Positions 45,235 through 55,420 are shown, counted from the first letter of the stretch. The stretch: 64,000 bases of DNA from Candidatus Latescibacterota bacterium (GCA_965205485.1 OZ242180.1:4992001-5056000), one strand, 5' to 3'. The notes: generated from the letters alone by a model not told the origin. Program-made: numbers and translations.

Positions 45235-45387
45235 GGCGAAACCTCCTTTATGTCTCCTTATACATCTTTCCGTTGTAGACTTAACATGGATGGACAGGAT
45301 GGGCAGGATAAAAGACCAGAATCGGGAAAACGCTGCCTGATGCCCGGGCAACCACATGGGTTGCCCCTTTACAACCCGTTGACGGCC

Positions 45388-46125
45388 CTACCTGCCACGC
45401 GCTTTCCTCGCTTCCATTTCCCGGATGAATTCCAGCGATTCGGGGTTCGTTCTCTCGGCCTTTTCGGATTCAAGTTTAGCCCAGGCCTCGTCATCTTCCA
45501 GGAACGCCCTGAGCCGGTCGCTTGCGTCGTGCAGGATGGGCGATCCATGTCCGAAAACCATTCTCTCGAATGAATGGCCGGCCAGCTTGCGCAGCGAATC
45601 TCGCGCGCTGGACATATCGGCGACGATGTATTCCGGGGCGTTGATCCAGATTTCACCGTCCGGTATGCCTCGGTCCTTCCTGCCTCCGCAGACCGCGTCT
45701 CCCACAATCATCGTGTTTCCCTCTCCGTGTACCATAAACGCGACCTCATCAGTATGGTAGGCGTCGGGAATGTGTATGACTTCCATCCGGTCCCGCAGCA
45801 GATCACCGTCCACAAACGTCTCGTCAATCATTACTTCAGAATGTTCCGATCCGTCCGCATGAATGCGTATGTCGCAACCCCAGCGATTCCTGAGTGCTTC
45901 CGATTCGCGCAGGTGGTATTCGCAGGTCAGAAGAATATGCGCGGGTTTGCCGATGGCTTCGATCTCCCTCTCGTCTTCAGCCGGGAGCGGAAGCGGATCG
46001 ACGAGGACCAGGCCGTCCCCGCGATCGGTCCGGATCACAAAGCTGTTCCACGGATAGGGCTCACCCCTGGCCGCCCCATGAATCTCAGACCAGCAGTATA
46101 CGGAAGAAGAGATCTGCGTCAGCAT
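45388..46125 (-). CDS. Metallo-beta-lactamase-fold protein (degenerate metal motif)
   Basis: LVDP, ILLTCEYHLRE, HIPDAYH, VGDA, FGHG. Confidence 0.75.
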   Translation of the reverse strand: MLTQISSSVYCWSEIHGAARGEPYPWNSFVIRTDRGDGLVLVDPLPLPAEDEREIEAIGKPAHILLTCEYHLRESEALRNRWGCDIRIHADGSEHSEVMIDETFVDGDLLRDRMEVIHIPDAYHTDEVAFMVHGEGNTMIVGDAVCGGRKDRGIPDGEIWINAPEYIVADMSSARDSLRKLAGHSFERMVFGHGSPILHDASDRLRAFLEDDEAWAKLESEKAERTNPESLEFIREMEARKARGR

Positions 46126-46199
46126 GGTATTCGACTCCAGGTACTGACCAACAAACACATCGACGGTACCACTACGTCACCCGCCGGCCCCTCAAGCAG

Positions 46200-46319
46200 A
46201 GCTATCAGCCGTCAGCCTTCAGCCGTCAGCAAGAAACGAAAGGCAAGATCAAAAGCAACACCTACTCCCACCCCCGCAGACCTCTCCCCCCGGCCCCCTC
46301 TCCTGAAGGAAAGGGGGAG
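46200..46319. repeat. Composite repeat copy 1: heptamer array + AAGGCAAGA + 41-bp hairpin
   Basis: AGCTATC AGCCGTC AGCCTTC AGCCGTC, then GACCTCTCCCCCCGGCCCCCTCTCCTGAAGGAAAGGGGGAG (46279-46319). Confidence 0.8.
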
Positions 46320-46532
46320 CAGAACCAAGCGTCTCTATTTTAAGCAAGCAATGCAACTCACACGAATAAACAAAGGAAAAGGCGGTGAGCCGTGAGGCGG
46401 TAGACGAAAGAAGACCACGCTGCGTCCATCGTTCAGCGATACGGTCCAGCAGTGTCAACCGGCGATAGCTACGGCAATATAAGGGCAACCGCAAGGTTTG
46501 CCCCTGCGAATCCACGGGCGGCGCAGCCGCCT

Positions 46533-47669
46533 TTAATCAAGTCCGTCAATGAACTCGCGGCCCCAGTCTTTACTCAACACAGTCTCTCGCCCGTCATGCC
46601 ACTGGATGACGCCCGATTCCGGCTTGACGTAGGTAAACTCGCCTGCCCTGCGCCAGACTGGAGCTACGGAACCTGTCCGGTTGTCTTCGGGAGTGTATAT
46701 CTCCTGCATCTCTCCGGTTGCGAGCGTCAGCAGATACACGTCACCGTCAAATGTGCCAAAGAGTACCTGGCGTTCGTCGGGGCTGACCTCATAAAACCAA
46801 AATGCCTGTCGCAGCTTCGCCTCCGCCTCACGGGTCATCATGCGGATCAGTGTAGGCTGCCGCGTGGTCTCGATGGCGAAGAGCTGAACGGGTAGAACTT
46901 CATCGTCAACCGATGCAAACGGAAAATTCAACTCGGCGGCATTAAATAGTACTCGTCCATCACTGAGACAACGAACCTGGGAAAAACTGAAGAAAACGAC
47001 CTCCGCGAGAGGAACGAGGTCCTTGGCGAGTTCGACCTGCCCATGCTCATTGACTACACCTCGCCGCACGAGCTTTCCAAGACTCGGCTCGTCGCGTCGG
47101 TTGCTCGTACCTTCGAAGTACACGAGGGTACGACCATCGGGGCTCCAATCCGGCGAAACCGCCGCGTGATGGGAGACGACCGTTGGCGGGGCGGAACCGT
47201 CGCAAGGCGCAACGAGGAGCGATACACCCCTTGAGTCATCAACACTCCCCACGGTGAACGCGAGATGAGCGTCGCCTGGCGCAATTCGTATATCGATGAC
47301 TTCAGATGAATCGCACCACAGTGTTGGACCCAGCGTCAGATGCTCGTCCTCAACGCGCGCGACCGAAAGGCCACCGTTCGGTTTGTCCCAGGTAGCGACG
47401 GCCAGACGCTGAGAGTCGGCGAACCACGCCACTGTACTGGGTTTTGGCAGCAATTTCCGTGACAAACGGCCTTCGGAATCTGAGAAGTACAGGCCCTGAA
47501 TATGGTCATCCGCCTCGAACAGGTTCTTGCTCAGGATAATGGCAGCCCGTTGACCGTCCGGCGACCAGTGGATACGTTTTTCGTAACAACTGCAGGCCAC
47601 CAACGTGGTCAGACCGATCACAGCTGCCCGCCGAACTCCACACAGAATACTATCGGGTAGTAGCTCCAT
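46533..47669 (-). CDS. TolB/WD40-like beta-propeller, probable lipoprotein
   Basis: LVAC lipobox-like; repeated WSPDG / SPDE blades. Confidence 0.75.
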   Translation of the reverse strand: MELLPDSILCGVRRAAVIGLTTLVACSCYEKRIHWSPDGQRAAIILSKNLFEADDHIQGLYFSDSEGRLSRKLLPKPSTVAWFADSQRLAVATWDKPNGGLSVARVEDEHLTLGPTLWCDSSEVIDIRIAPGDAHLAFTVGSVDDSRGVSLLVAPCDGSAPPTVVSHHAAVSPDWSPDGRTLVYFEGTSNRRDEPSLGKLVRRGVVNEHGQVELAKDLVPLAEVVFFSFSQVRCLSDGRVLFNAAELNFPFASVDDEVLPVQLFAIETTRQPTLIRMMTREAEAKLRQAFWFYEVSPDERQVLFGTFDGDVYLLTLATGEMQEIYTPEDNRTGSVAPVWRRAGEFTYVKPESGVIQWHDGRETVLSKDWGREFIDGLD

Positions 47670-48202
47670 AGGACGCTCCCCCTTTCTGGATTCTCAAAGG
47701 CGATTCCATATAGAGTCGGGGTTTTCTCATCGAAAGTTCACGTGCACATAAAAAAACATCAGCCTCCCGGGAAATGCACGTCATGTAATTCTGTGCACCA
47801 GAAATTTTCGGAGGCTTAGCGGGGGGCCTGAAGCGTCGAGTTAACCGAAGAAGGCGGGTCCGATTCGAAGGATCCAGCGAGCGGATTTCGGCGGAATGCG
47901 CACGGCGCCGGTTTAATCAATTGGTCTGCACGGCGTGGATTCCTCGTATCTGCGATATGATCGCAGGCGGATGACCTTCTGCATCCGGCTGACGGGAGCA
48001 TTCCGATGGGTTGGCGTCGAACGGCGGGTTGGTTTCATCAACTGGTACTATCGGGGCTTGCCTGCAAGCGGAACGACGTGTATTCATTTGATGTCTTCGA
48101 AACAAATCGGTCCGGTTTCGCGTCGTACCATGCGCAGGGCGGCGAAGCCGTATCAGGAATGAACCCTAAACTGCCCAGTCACAATTTTCCTGGAGGTCTC
48201 CC

Positions 48203-49066
48203 ATGACGGAAGAGAGGATCACCCCACAGTCCAGCGGATGGTTGATGCTGTTCCTCGCGCTTCTGCTTCTGGCATTGACCGTGGTCCTGTTCATCTACGG
48301 TGTAACTGGCGGCGGGGCCGTTCCCATCATCTCGTCGATCGTTCTTCTCGTGATCGTGATCGTCCTGCTGACGGGCCTGTTCGCGGTGGAACCGAATCAG
48401 TGCGTCGTTATGCTGCTGTTCGGCGACTATAAGGGTACGGAAACAACCCAGGGGTTTCGATGGACCAACCCGTTCAAGAGCCGGAAAAAGGTGTCGCTGC
48501 GCGTCAGGAACTTCGACAGCGAACGGCTGAAGGTGAATGACAGCAGGGGCAATCCCATCGAGATTTCCGCCGTTATCGTCTGGAAAGTGGAAGTTGCCGC
48601 GCAGGCACTGTTCGACGTGGACGACTACGAACATTACGTAAGGGTCCAATCGGAGTCGGCAATCAGGCATCTCGCAACCAGCTACCCGTACGATCAGTCT
48701 GAAGGCGAAGAAATCAGCCTGCGATCCTCGATCACGGAGGTGTCCGAATCCCTCGGCGAGGAGATCCAGCAGCGCGTTCGGGACGCGGGCGTCCGCGTCG
48801 AGGAAGCCCGGATCAACCACCTCGCCTACGCGCCGGAAATCGCCAACGCCATGCTGCAGCGCCAGCAGGCCGAGGCGGTCATTTCGGCACGTGCGAAGAT
48901 CGTCGACGGCGCCGTCGGCATGGTGGAGATGGCCCTGAAGCGACTGATGGACGACGACGTGATCAAGCTGAACGAAGCACAGAGGGCGAATATGGTCAGC
49001 AACCTGCTCGTCGTGCTCTGCTCGCACGAGTCGACGCAACCCGTGGTCAGCGCCGGACAGCAATGA
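48203..49066 (+). CDS. SPFH/band 7 domain protein
   Basis: Two N-terminal TMs; [40 protein letters not shown]. Confidence 0.92.
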   Translation: MTEERITPQSSGWLMLFLALLLLALTVVLFIYGVTGGGAVPIISSIVLLVIVIVLLTGLFAVEPNQCVVMLLFGDYKGTETTQGFRWTNPFKSRKKVSLRVRNFDSERLKVNDSRGNPIEISAVIVWKVEVAAQALFDVDDYEHYVRVQSESAIRHLATSYPYDQSEGEEISLRSSITEVSESLGEEIQQRVRDAGVRVEEARINHLAYAPEIANAMLQRQQAEAVISARAKIVDGAVGMVEMALKRLMDDDVIKLNEAQRANMVSNLLVVLCSHESTQPVVSAGQQ

Positions 49067-49076
49067 GGAGTATTGA

Positions 49077-50012
49077 ATGGCCCGCATCACTTTCGGCGTA
49101 GTCTGCATGGCCACGCTATGGTTGGCCGGCTGTGCACAGGTCCGGCATTTCGGAACTCGATGCCCGGGTTTCATCGAAAACCGGGTCATAAGCCTGTCTC
49201 ATATCCCTGGGACGTCTGTCAGGATCGAAACGCATAACGGTCGCGTTTCGGTCGAAGCGGCCGATCGGAGCGATGTTGAGATCAAAGCTATGGTATGCGC
49301 CAAATCCAGAGAGCGCCTGAAATCGACTCACATCGTAACCCGTCGTCACAAGGGAGACGCTCTCCGGATCGAAGTCAAATGGCCGGACGGAGGCAGGCGA
49401 AATGCCGAATTTGCCAGCTTCGAGATCTACGCTCCGGATGTCAACGGGATCTTCGCATCAACTTCCAATGCACCAATCAGTATCAAGGGCTTATCGGGAA
49501 CCGCTGAATTGAAAACGAACAACGACCGGATTGAGGCGACGAATCACCAGGGCATTCTCAGAGCAACAACCAGCAATGATGCCATTGTCATTGTACGTCA
49601 CCAGGGAACGATCACGGCGAGATCTTCAAATGACGACATCAGAGTCAGGGGCGTGACCGGACCGGTAGACATCCGTACATCCAATGGAGCGATCGCCGTC
49701 AATTCAGCAGACAATTCCGTCGTCGCACGCACTTCCAATGACGAAATCACGATTTCACTCACGGACAGGGCCATCGGACCGGTCGTTGCCGAAACGTCGA
49801 ATGACCCGATATCGTTGGTTATCGGCAAGAAATTCGCAGGCGCCGTAGATCTGAAGACTAACGAGCAATGTATCATCGATGAACCGCTCAGGAAGCATAT
49901 CGTCGGTCACGGCAAGAACCCTGTTCGGTTAAGCATTGGCGAAGGGCCGAAATCCAGACTGGCGACGAGGAATGCACCGATTTTAGTTAAGGTGCGTGAT
50001 GCGGCTGAATGA
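49077..50012 (+). CDS. DUF4097-like beta-strand repeat lipoprotein
   Basis: LAGC lipobox; about 9 repeats of T(S/N)N(D/G/A).I. Confidence 0.8.
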   Translation: MARITFGVVCMATLWLAGCAQVRHFGTRCPGFIENRVISLSHIPGTSVRIETHNGRVSVEAADRSDVEIKAMVCAKSRERLKSTHIVTRRHKGDALRIEVKWPDGGRRNAEFASFEIYAPDVNGIFASTSNAPISIKGLSGTAELKTNNDRIEATNHQGILRATTSNDAIVIVRHQGTITARSSNDDIRVRGVTGPVDIRTSNGAIAVNSADNSVVARTSNDEITISLTDRAIGPVVAETSNDPISLVIGKKFAGAVDLKTNEQCIIDEPLRKHIVGHGKNPVRLSIGEGPKSRLATRNAPILVKVRDAAE

Positions 50013-50051
50013 CTCAATCTTGAGACTCACCCGTCCACGTGGAAGTAGAAA

Positions 50052-50276
50052 ATGGCCGCAACCGATCTGACAGTCGAACTACCTTTCGGTTTGTCCCCGG
50101 AAGAGGCGAAAATACTCCTTGCCATTAAGCTCTATGAAATTGGTAGAGTTTCGCTTGGTCAGGCAGCCAGGACGGCTGGACACTCAAAACGCGCATTCCT
50201 GGAGATTCTGGGCAATCACAAGGTACCTGTATTTGACTATTCTCCTGAGGAGTTGCGCGAAGAAACCGGACGGTGA
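50052..50276 (+). CDS. UPF0175-family antitoxin-like protein
   Basis: LAIKLYE.GRVSLGQAA..AG.SKRAF...L....VPVFDY..EEL. Confidence 0.85.
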   Translation: MAATDLTVELPFGLSPEEAKILLAIKLYEIGRVSLGQAARTAGHSKRAFLEILGNHKVPVFDYSPEELREETGR

Positions 50277-50320
50277 GGGCACGTATTGTACGGGATAGCA
50301 CCTGCCTGACTACATTTGCT
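50273..50320 (+). pseudogene. 5' remnant of a PIN (DUF3368-like) toxin gene
   Basis: GTGA overlap with the antitoxin stop; MRARIVRDSTCL resembles the IV.D(S/T)..L PIN start; similarity ends at the convergent methyltransferase stop. Confidence 0.55.
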
Positions 50321-51067
50321 TCAAGATTCACCCGCCGGTACGAACGCCAGCAGGATCGTATCGGCAAACAGGCGCCAGGCTACAGCGATTTCCTCGAATC
50401 CCGCCTCCTTCATCGTGCGGATGAGGTCTTCCGCGCGGTACTCGTATTCAACGTCCTTCCCGGCCGCCTTCATCATTCGTTTATACTCCCGTCTGGCATC
50501 GATTTCCTCCCGGGTCACCCTCCCCGAATCGATCGCGCGCTGAACGTGACGCTCGCGGAAGCGCGACGCCTGCCGCCGGACCGCGGCTGACCAGCCTGGC
50601 CCAACCGACATCGTATCGTAGAGGATGAAACACCCGCCGGGCCGCAGCGCGCTCGCGATTCTCGCGATAAGCGATGGCAAAGGATCGGGATGCACGTGGT
50701 GAAAGGTCTTCGCTGAGAAGACCAGGTCGCAGGGCGGTATGGCGCATTCAGTAATGTCGGCTTCCCGCACATCGTACCGCCCGGCGTAGGGCGTTAACTT
50801 TCGCTTCGCGATCCGGAGCATCTCCGGTTCGCTGTCTATGCAACTGCCGGTCGCCCGGCCGAAGCGTTGCAGCACACGCGCTGTCGGCTCCGCCGTACCG
50901 CAGCCCAGATCCACAAATTCGAACGGGTCGTCCGGATCGAACGGGATCAGCTCGACGATCATCTCGAGCCCTCTCTCATAAGGAGGACTCAGGACCGATT
51001 GTACTCGATCGTACGATGCCGCTATTTCCGCGAAATAGCTGAAATCTTCGTGCGACGTCTCGCTCAT
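50321..51067 (-). CDS. Class I SAM-dependent methyltransferase
   Basis: VDLGCGT, IDSEPEML, FHHV, LRPGG. Confidence 0.9.
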   Translation of the reverse strand: MSETSHEDFSYFAEIAASYDRVQSVLSPPYERGLEMIVELIPFDPDDPFEFVDLGCGTAEPTARVLQRFGRATGSCIDSEPEMLRIAKRKLTPYAGRYDVREADITECAIPPCDLVFSAKTFHHVHPDPLPSLIARIASALRPGGCFILYDTMSVGPGWSAAVRRQASRFRERHVQRAIDSGRVTREEIDARREYKRMMKAAGKDVEYEYRAEDLIRTMKEAGFEEIAVAWRLFADTILLAFVPAGES

Positions 51068-51189
51068 TTTCAATCCTCGACCTGAACGATGCTGCCTGGT
51101 TCGCTCACGTCATGTCCCCGAAATTTCTCACTATTCTCCCACCGATTCATCCCGTTTCGCTGAAACGTGGTAATCGAGCATGCTTGCAT

Positions 51190-51318
51190 TGAGCTTGTCG
51201 AAATGTTGAAATGCCCGCGTTTCACTATCCGTAAGTGGCCAATCGACATCCCTTCGACAAGCTCAGGGCAACGCCTTCTCCGACCCTTCGGCAGGCTCAG
51301 GACAACGGCTCAGGGTGC
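51190..51318. repeat. Cluster of CCCTTCGACAAGCTCAGGG-type repeats
   Basis: Direct copies at 51250-51268 and 51284-51302, partial copy at about 51307, inverted TGAGCTTGTCGAA at 51190-51202. Confidence 0.75.
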
Positions 51319-51345
51319 GGCTTAGGCCTAACGCGGCAGGCCTGG

Positions 51346-51795
51346 CTATATGCCCTCAATCGACACGCCGTTCGCCTCGGCAACGGGGCTGAGTTTTTTA
51401 ACCATTTCGTCTCTGATCAACCGGCTCGCGCCTGAGCTTGTTTCCCTGAAATTCACCGTGGCGGGCTTTCCTTGGGTGACTTTTAATTCCATCCGCCACG
51501 ACTCAAAGCGGATTTCCGAAATCGATGACCAGGGGATTCTTCGCCGGCGGAAAAGGCCCCGGACGATTTCGATATGCCCATCGTCAATGGCGATGGTGTG
51601 CCTGTTGATGCGGTCGTAAAACAGACCCCACGAGAGCCATGAGGGACCGAGGACCAGATTCAGGATCCCGAAAAAATCATTCCCGCCGCTTAGGAAAAGT
51701 GCGCCGCCGAGGACGTGGACAACGCCAAGGGTGACCAGAAGGATCCTGAATTGAGGGGGTATCGAGACCGTGAGATCGATTGTCCGGTCGTCCAT
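51346..51795 (-). CDS. Membrane protein with PH-like C-terminal domain
   Basis: Two TMs, then I.IDD..IEI....RRRRIPWSSI. Confidence 0.65.
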   Translation of the reverse strand: MDDRTIDLTVSIPPQFRILLVTLGVVHVLGGALFLSGGNDFFGILNLVLGPSWLSWGLFYDRINRHTIAIDDGHIEIVRGLFRRRRIPWSSISEIRFESWRMELKVTQGKPATVNFRETSSGASRLIRDEMVKKLSPVAEANGVSIEGI

Positions 51796-51878
51796 GGCTG
51801 ATGATGTCCTTTCTTGAGACGGAATGCATCTCGCGGCTTCTTTCGCAATCGCTGGGCAGTCTTCCAGCGGCAGCCTTT

Positions 51879-52319
51879 TTATTCGTCCCAGCCGAAGCTA
51901 TCGTAGAACTTGCCGTGCAGATAGTTCTCGAGAGCGCGCCTGACGTACGGCACCATATTGTCAGGGAGATCCCGGACAGAATGCCACGACAGGTCGTCGC
52001 ACCGGTGCGGCTCGGCGTTGACGACGTCGCTATGCCACCTGGTGGCCGCGAGAAAAAACCCAACCCGTTCGTCCTCGCTTTTCCGGTGCATCACGCCCAC
52101 GACCTCGATGTCCTCGGTCCTGATCTCGATTCCCGCCTCTTCACGGGCTTCCCTGATTGCCGCAGCCCTGACCTCTTCGTTTCCGTCGATATGCCCGGCG
52201 ATCACGCTGTACTTCCCGTCTTCAAATCCCGTATTGAAACGCCGAAGAAGCAACACTTCGTGGTTGCCGTTCATCAGGAAGACGTGGGCTTCGGGGATCA
52301 GTTTGAATTTCTCAGTCAT
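51879..52319 (-). CDS. NUDIX hydrolase
   Basis: Nudix box GHIDGNEEVRAAAIREAREEAG; NAEPHRC. Confidence 0.92.
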   Translation of the reverse strand: MTEKFKLIPEAHVFLMNGNHEVLLLRRFNTGFEDGKYSVIAGHIDGNEEVRAAAIREAREEAGIEIRTEDIEVVGVMHRKSEDERVGFFLAATRWHSDVVNAEPHRCDDLSWHSVRDLPDNMVPYVRRALENYLHGKFYDSFGWDE

Positions 52320-52600
52320 TGTTCAGCCCAAGTAACCTCTCCGCCGGGCCCCAAGAAGCGGTGAGAGGTGAGACGGGAGCCGGGAGAAGAAATCCTTACC
52401 CGGTAGGTTCCACCTACTTGCCTCCGGCACATATGAAAACCCAACGAGGTGGGTCATCTCTCACCTCTTCCCTCTACCTTCTCACCGCCTTTAGGCGACC
52501 GGCCGGTCGCACCTACTAACATACAACCGTTCAATCCGTGACGCAATTTCCATCCGGTTGTTTTCGATCTGGTGCGATGTTTATTCGCATCTGATACCCA

Positions 52601-52636
52601 TTGACTTATATGTATATAATATGCATATTATAGCAT
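52601..52636 (+). promoter_or_regulatory. vapBC promoter/operator, probably leaderless
   Basis: TTGACT at 52601; perfect 18-bp palindrome TATAATATGCATATTATA (52615-52632) 4 nt before the ATG; no SD. Confidence 0.7.
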
Positions 52637-52834
52637 ATGAGAACGACGCTCATAATAGACGATGCCCTGTTGAAACGTGCATCCACACTAACCGGTATCA
52701 AACAGAAAACCGCCCTGGTCAGGCTTGGCCTCGAAGCGCTGATCGCCCGCGAGAGCAGCAGGCGGCTGGCGGAACTCGAAGGCACGGAGGAAAACCTGCT
52801 GCCGGTCCCGCGGCGATGTCCGGATAACCCGTAA
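52637..52834 (+). CDS. vapB: VapB-type antitoxin (RHH)
   Basis: MRTTLIIDDALL..A..LTG...KTALVR.GLEALI. Confidence 0.9.
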   Translation: MRTTLIIDDALLKRASTLTGIKQKTALVRLGLEALIARESSRRLAELEGTEENLLPVPRRCPDNP

Positions 52835-52836
52835 CC

Positions 52837-53199
52837 ATGGTCCTTGTCGATACGCCAATATGGGTCTCGTTCCTCCGTAAGGGGAACGGACGACTGAAGT
52901 CGCTCCTCCGCGAAGCGAGGGTCGCGTGCCATCCGCTGATCGTCGGAGAACTTGCGTGCGGGACGCTGGACAACCGAACGGAATTCCTCACGCTGCTGCA
53001 GACCCTGCCTCAGGTCTCCACGGCCAGCGAGCGGGAAGTCCTGCACTTCATCGATCATCACCGGCTTTCCGCCGCGGGAGTCGGCCTGATCGACGCGCAC
53101 CTGATGGCATCCGCCCGGTTGTCCGACCTGCCGTTGTGGACTTCCGAAGGAAAACTGCGTGCGGCGGCCGGTCGAATGGGAATTGCGTACCGATATTGA
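52837..53199 (+). CDS. vapC: VapC PIN-domain toxin
   Basis: VLVDTPIW, GELACG, LIDAHL, LWT. Confidence 0.9.
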   Translation: MVLVDTPIWVSFLRKGNGRLKSLLREARVACHPLIVGELACGTLDNRTEFLTLLQTLPQVSTASEREVLHFIDHHRLSAAGVGLIDAHLMASARLSDLPLWTSEGKLRAAAGRMGIAYRY

Positions 53200-53248
53200 G
53201 ATCGAGGACGCGACCGGGTCGAACTTTCTGCGAAAGGAGACGCCAACG

Positions 53249-53749
53249 ATGATCAGATACCTCGCCACCGCGTTGACCGCGTTCTGCCTGATGTGTGCGG
53301 CCGCCACGGAGACGCACGCACAGATCGCCATACGCGCAGGGGGCGGACTCTACGTCGAAGACAAGGAGCCCGGGTGGCACGGATCCATCATCCTGCCATT
53401 TGGCAGCAAACCCGCCGGGGTAATGCTGGCCGGCGAGTATTACGAGAAAGACGGCGCGATTACCTTGCCCGTTTCCATCCGCGGACTCTACAAATTCAGT
53501 CTGGGGGGCAACCTCCGGATCTATGGCGGGGCCGGAAGCGGATTCATCTACACGAAGGAAGAATCGGATGCCGAACTTATCGACGGGTCGGCCAGCAAGG
53601 TGCTTCTGACAGCCGTGGCGGGGATGAACCTGAAGATGCTGGGTCCGTTTCGGTTCTTCGCGGAAGCCACCCTGGACCGGGGCGTGGCCGAGGGCACGGA
53701 AAACAAGTACGCCGCCAAAGCCGGCATCTCGCTGACCTTCAAAGACTGA
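53249..53749 (+). CDS. Small outer-membrane beta-barrel protein
   Basis: Signal peptide ending THA-Q; YGGAGSG, AKAGISLTF; AAAGGAG RBS. Confidence 0.78.
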   Translation: MIRYLATALTAFCLMCAAATETHAQIAIRAGGGLYVEDKEPGWHGSIILPFGSKPAGVMLAGEYYEKDGAITLPVSIRGLYKFSLGGNLRIYGGAGSGFIYTKEESDAELIDGSASKVLLTAVAGMNLKMLGPFRFFAEATLDRGVAEGTENKYAAKAGISLTFKD

Positions 53750-54018
53750 GGCATCCGATCCCACCCACGGACACGCCGTGTAAACCGGAAACCGAACGCG
53801 ATGGTCCCCTCCCGGGAGCAACGTCAGTCCACGAACGGTCAGTCAGGCATCCAATCCGACGACGGCGTCGAATTGTCCGATGTATCGTTTTAGAATTATC
53901 AAGTAATTAATTACGTTAATTGCCATATATTTTATATAATAAACCATCAATAATGATTTTCAAGCGGGGTCTGCTCGAGTTGCAGACCCTGCGCGTCAAC
54001 TCCGGCACGGTCACAATA

Positions 54019-54279
54019 ATGCTGAAATTCCAACTCCACATACTCATGGCCGAAAAGGGTCCGCACCGGCCCTACCGGATCTCTGAAATCGCCAGACTGA
54101 CGGGGCTTCAGGCCAATACCGTTTCGGCCATCTTCAACAACCGGGCGAAGCGGATAGACCTGGCGACCATTGAATCTCTCTGCCAGGCGCTCGAATGCAC
54201 GCCCGGCGATCTCTTTCGTTACAATCCCGAATCAGACCCCGAGCCCGAAACACCGAAAAAAGGAGACTTGTCACCATGA
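54019..54279 (+). CDS. Xre/Cro-like HTH regulator (YozG/HTH_26-like)
   Basis: ISEIARLTGL..NTVS.I.NN.AKRIDL.TI..LC.AL.CTPGDLF; start uncertain (53953 possible). Confidence 0.85.
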   Translation: MLKFQLHILMAEKGPHRPYRISEIARLTGLQANTVSAIFNNRAKRIDLATIESLCQALECTPGDLFRYNPESDPEPETPKKGDLSP

Positions 54280-55418
54280 AAATTACCGCGGTAAAGACCT
54301 TTCTCGTGACCTACGGCAACCGTCCCAGGGGGCTTGTCAAAGTCGAAACCGACGAGGGCCTCTACGGATGGGGCGAAGCCTATTCTATCGGGCCGGACCT
54401 TTCCATCGAGCCCATTGTGGACTACGTCGCCACGTGGCTTGTCGGCGAAGATCCCCGCCGCATCGAATACCTGATGATGAAGATTCATCAGCAATTTCGT
54501 TTCCCCGCGGGGGGTACCGGCCTGGCCGCCATTTCCGGCATCGAGCACGCGCTTTGGGATATCAGCGGAAAGGCAGCGAACGTACCCGTATATATGCTTC
54601 TGGGCGGCAACCTGCGAGACCGCGTAAGGGTCTACCAGAGCTGCGGCGGCCCGACCGGAGAGGTCGCGGCGGAAGGCGCGCACCGACTGAACGACAAATG
54701 GGGATTCACGGCGTTCAAGACCAGCCCCTTTCTGCTGAATCCCGACGCGAATCGATGGGGCCGGGTCTGCGCGGCCGCCGGCGAGTATTTCGAGAGCCTC
54801 CGAAAACACACCCCCGACGACTGGGAATTCGCGTTCGACCCGCACGCGAAAATCTTCGAACCGGTCAGAGCCCTTCAGCTCGCCAACGCGCTGGCCCCCT
54901 ACGACCCCCTGTTCTATGAGGAGCCCCTCAGACCGGAACACATCCCGGCCTGGCAGCAGTTGCGTCAGCAGATGCAGGTACCGCTGGCAACCGGGGAATG
55001 TCTCTACGCGCGCTTCGAGTTCCTGAATCTCATCGCCGCCAGGGCCGCCGACATCATTCAGCCGGACGTCTGCGTCTGCGGGGGCCTTCTGGAAATGCGC
55101 AAGATCGCGGCCATCGCGGAAGCCCATTACGTCACCATCGCGCCACACAATCCGATGGGACCGATCGCCACGGCGGTCAACGTGCATTTCGCCGCGGCGA
55201 CGCACAACTTCAAGATCCTCGAATACGTCATCCCCGTCGGCTCCCAATGGATGGAGTACGTCCCGGATCCCTACCTCCCGGTGGACGGATACCTTGAACT
55301 CAGGGACCGACCGGGACTGGGAATCGAGGTGAACGAAGACGCGCTTGCGGATTCGGACCCGCCCCACTGGCAGCGCACGGCGCCCGTCCGGCCGGATGGG
55401 TCAACGGGATATATATAA
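54276..55418 (+). CDS. Mandelate racemase/galactonate dehydratase-like enolase-superfamily enzyme
   Basis: MKIT, GWGEA, ALWDI.GK, D.H, EEP, ATGE, QPD, APHN; AAAGGAG RBS. Confidence 0.9.
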   Translation: MKITAVKTFLVTYGNRPRGLVKVETDEGLYGWGEAYSIGPDLSIEPIVDYVATWLVGEDPRRIEYLMMKIHQQFRFPAGGTGLAAISGIEHALWDISGKAANVPVYMLLGGNLRDRVRVYQSCGGPTGEVAAEGAHRLNDKWGFTAFKTSPFLLNPDANRWGRVCAAAGEYFESLRKHTPDDWEFAFDPHAKIFEPVRALQLANALAPYDPLFYEEPLRPEHIPAWQQLRQQMQVPLATGECLYARFEFLNLIAARAADIIQPDVCVCGGLLEMRKIAAIAEAHYVTIAPHNPMGPIATAVNVHFAAATHNFKILEYVIPVGSQWMEYVPDPYLPVDGYLELRDRPGLGIEVNEDALADSDPPHWQRTAPVRPDGSTGYI

Positions 55419-55420
55419 AA

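Noticed and set aside
45283..45310. GGATGGACAGGATGGGCAGGAT 9-nt-period repeat
   Set aside because: Only two to three units with no inverted partner seen; too little to call
46480..46508. Single REP-like hairpin AGGGCAACC-GCAA-GGTTTGCCCC
   Set aside because: Single copy in the window; could simply be a terminator hairpin for the upstream minus-strand gene
47670..48200. 530-nt intergenic region with short hairpins, considered as riboswitch or sRNA
   Set aside because: No recognisable riboswitch consensus; the hairpins are short for GC-rich DNA
53904..53920. ATTAA-TTACG-TTAAT as a fourth BlaI-type box
   Set aside because: Spacer is 5 nt rather than 4, it lacks the preceding AT, and it sits at a different regulator's promoter
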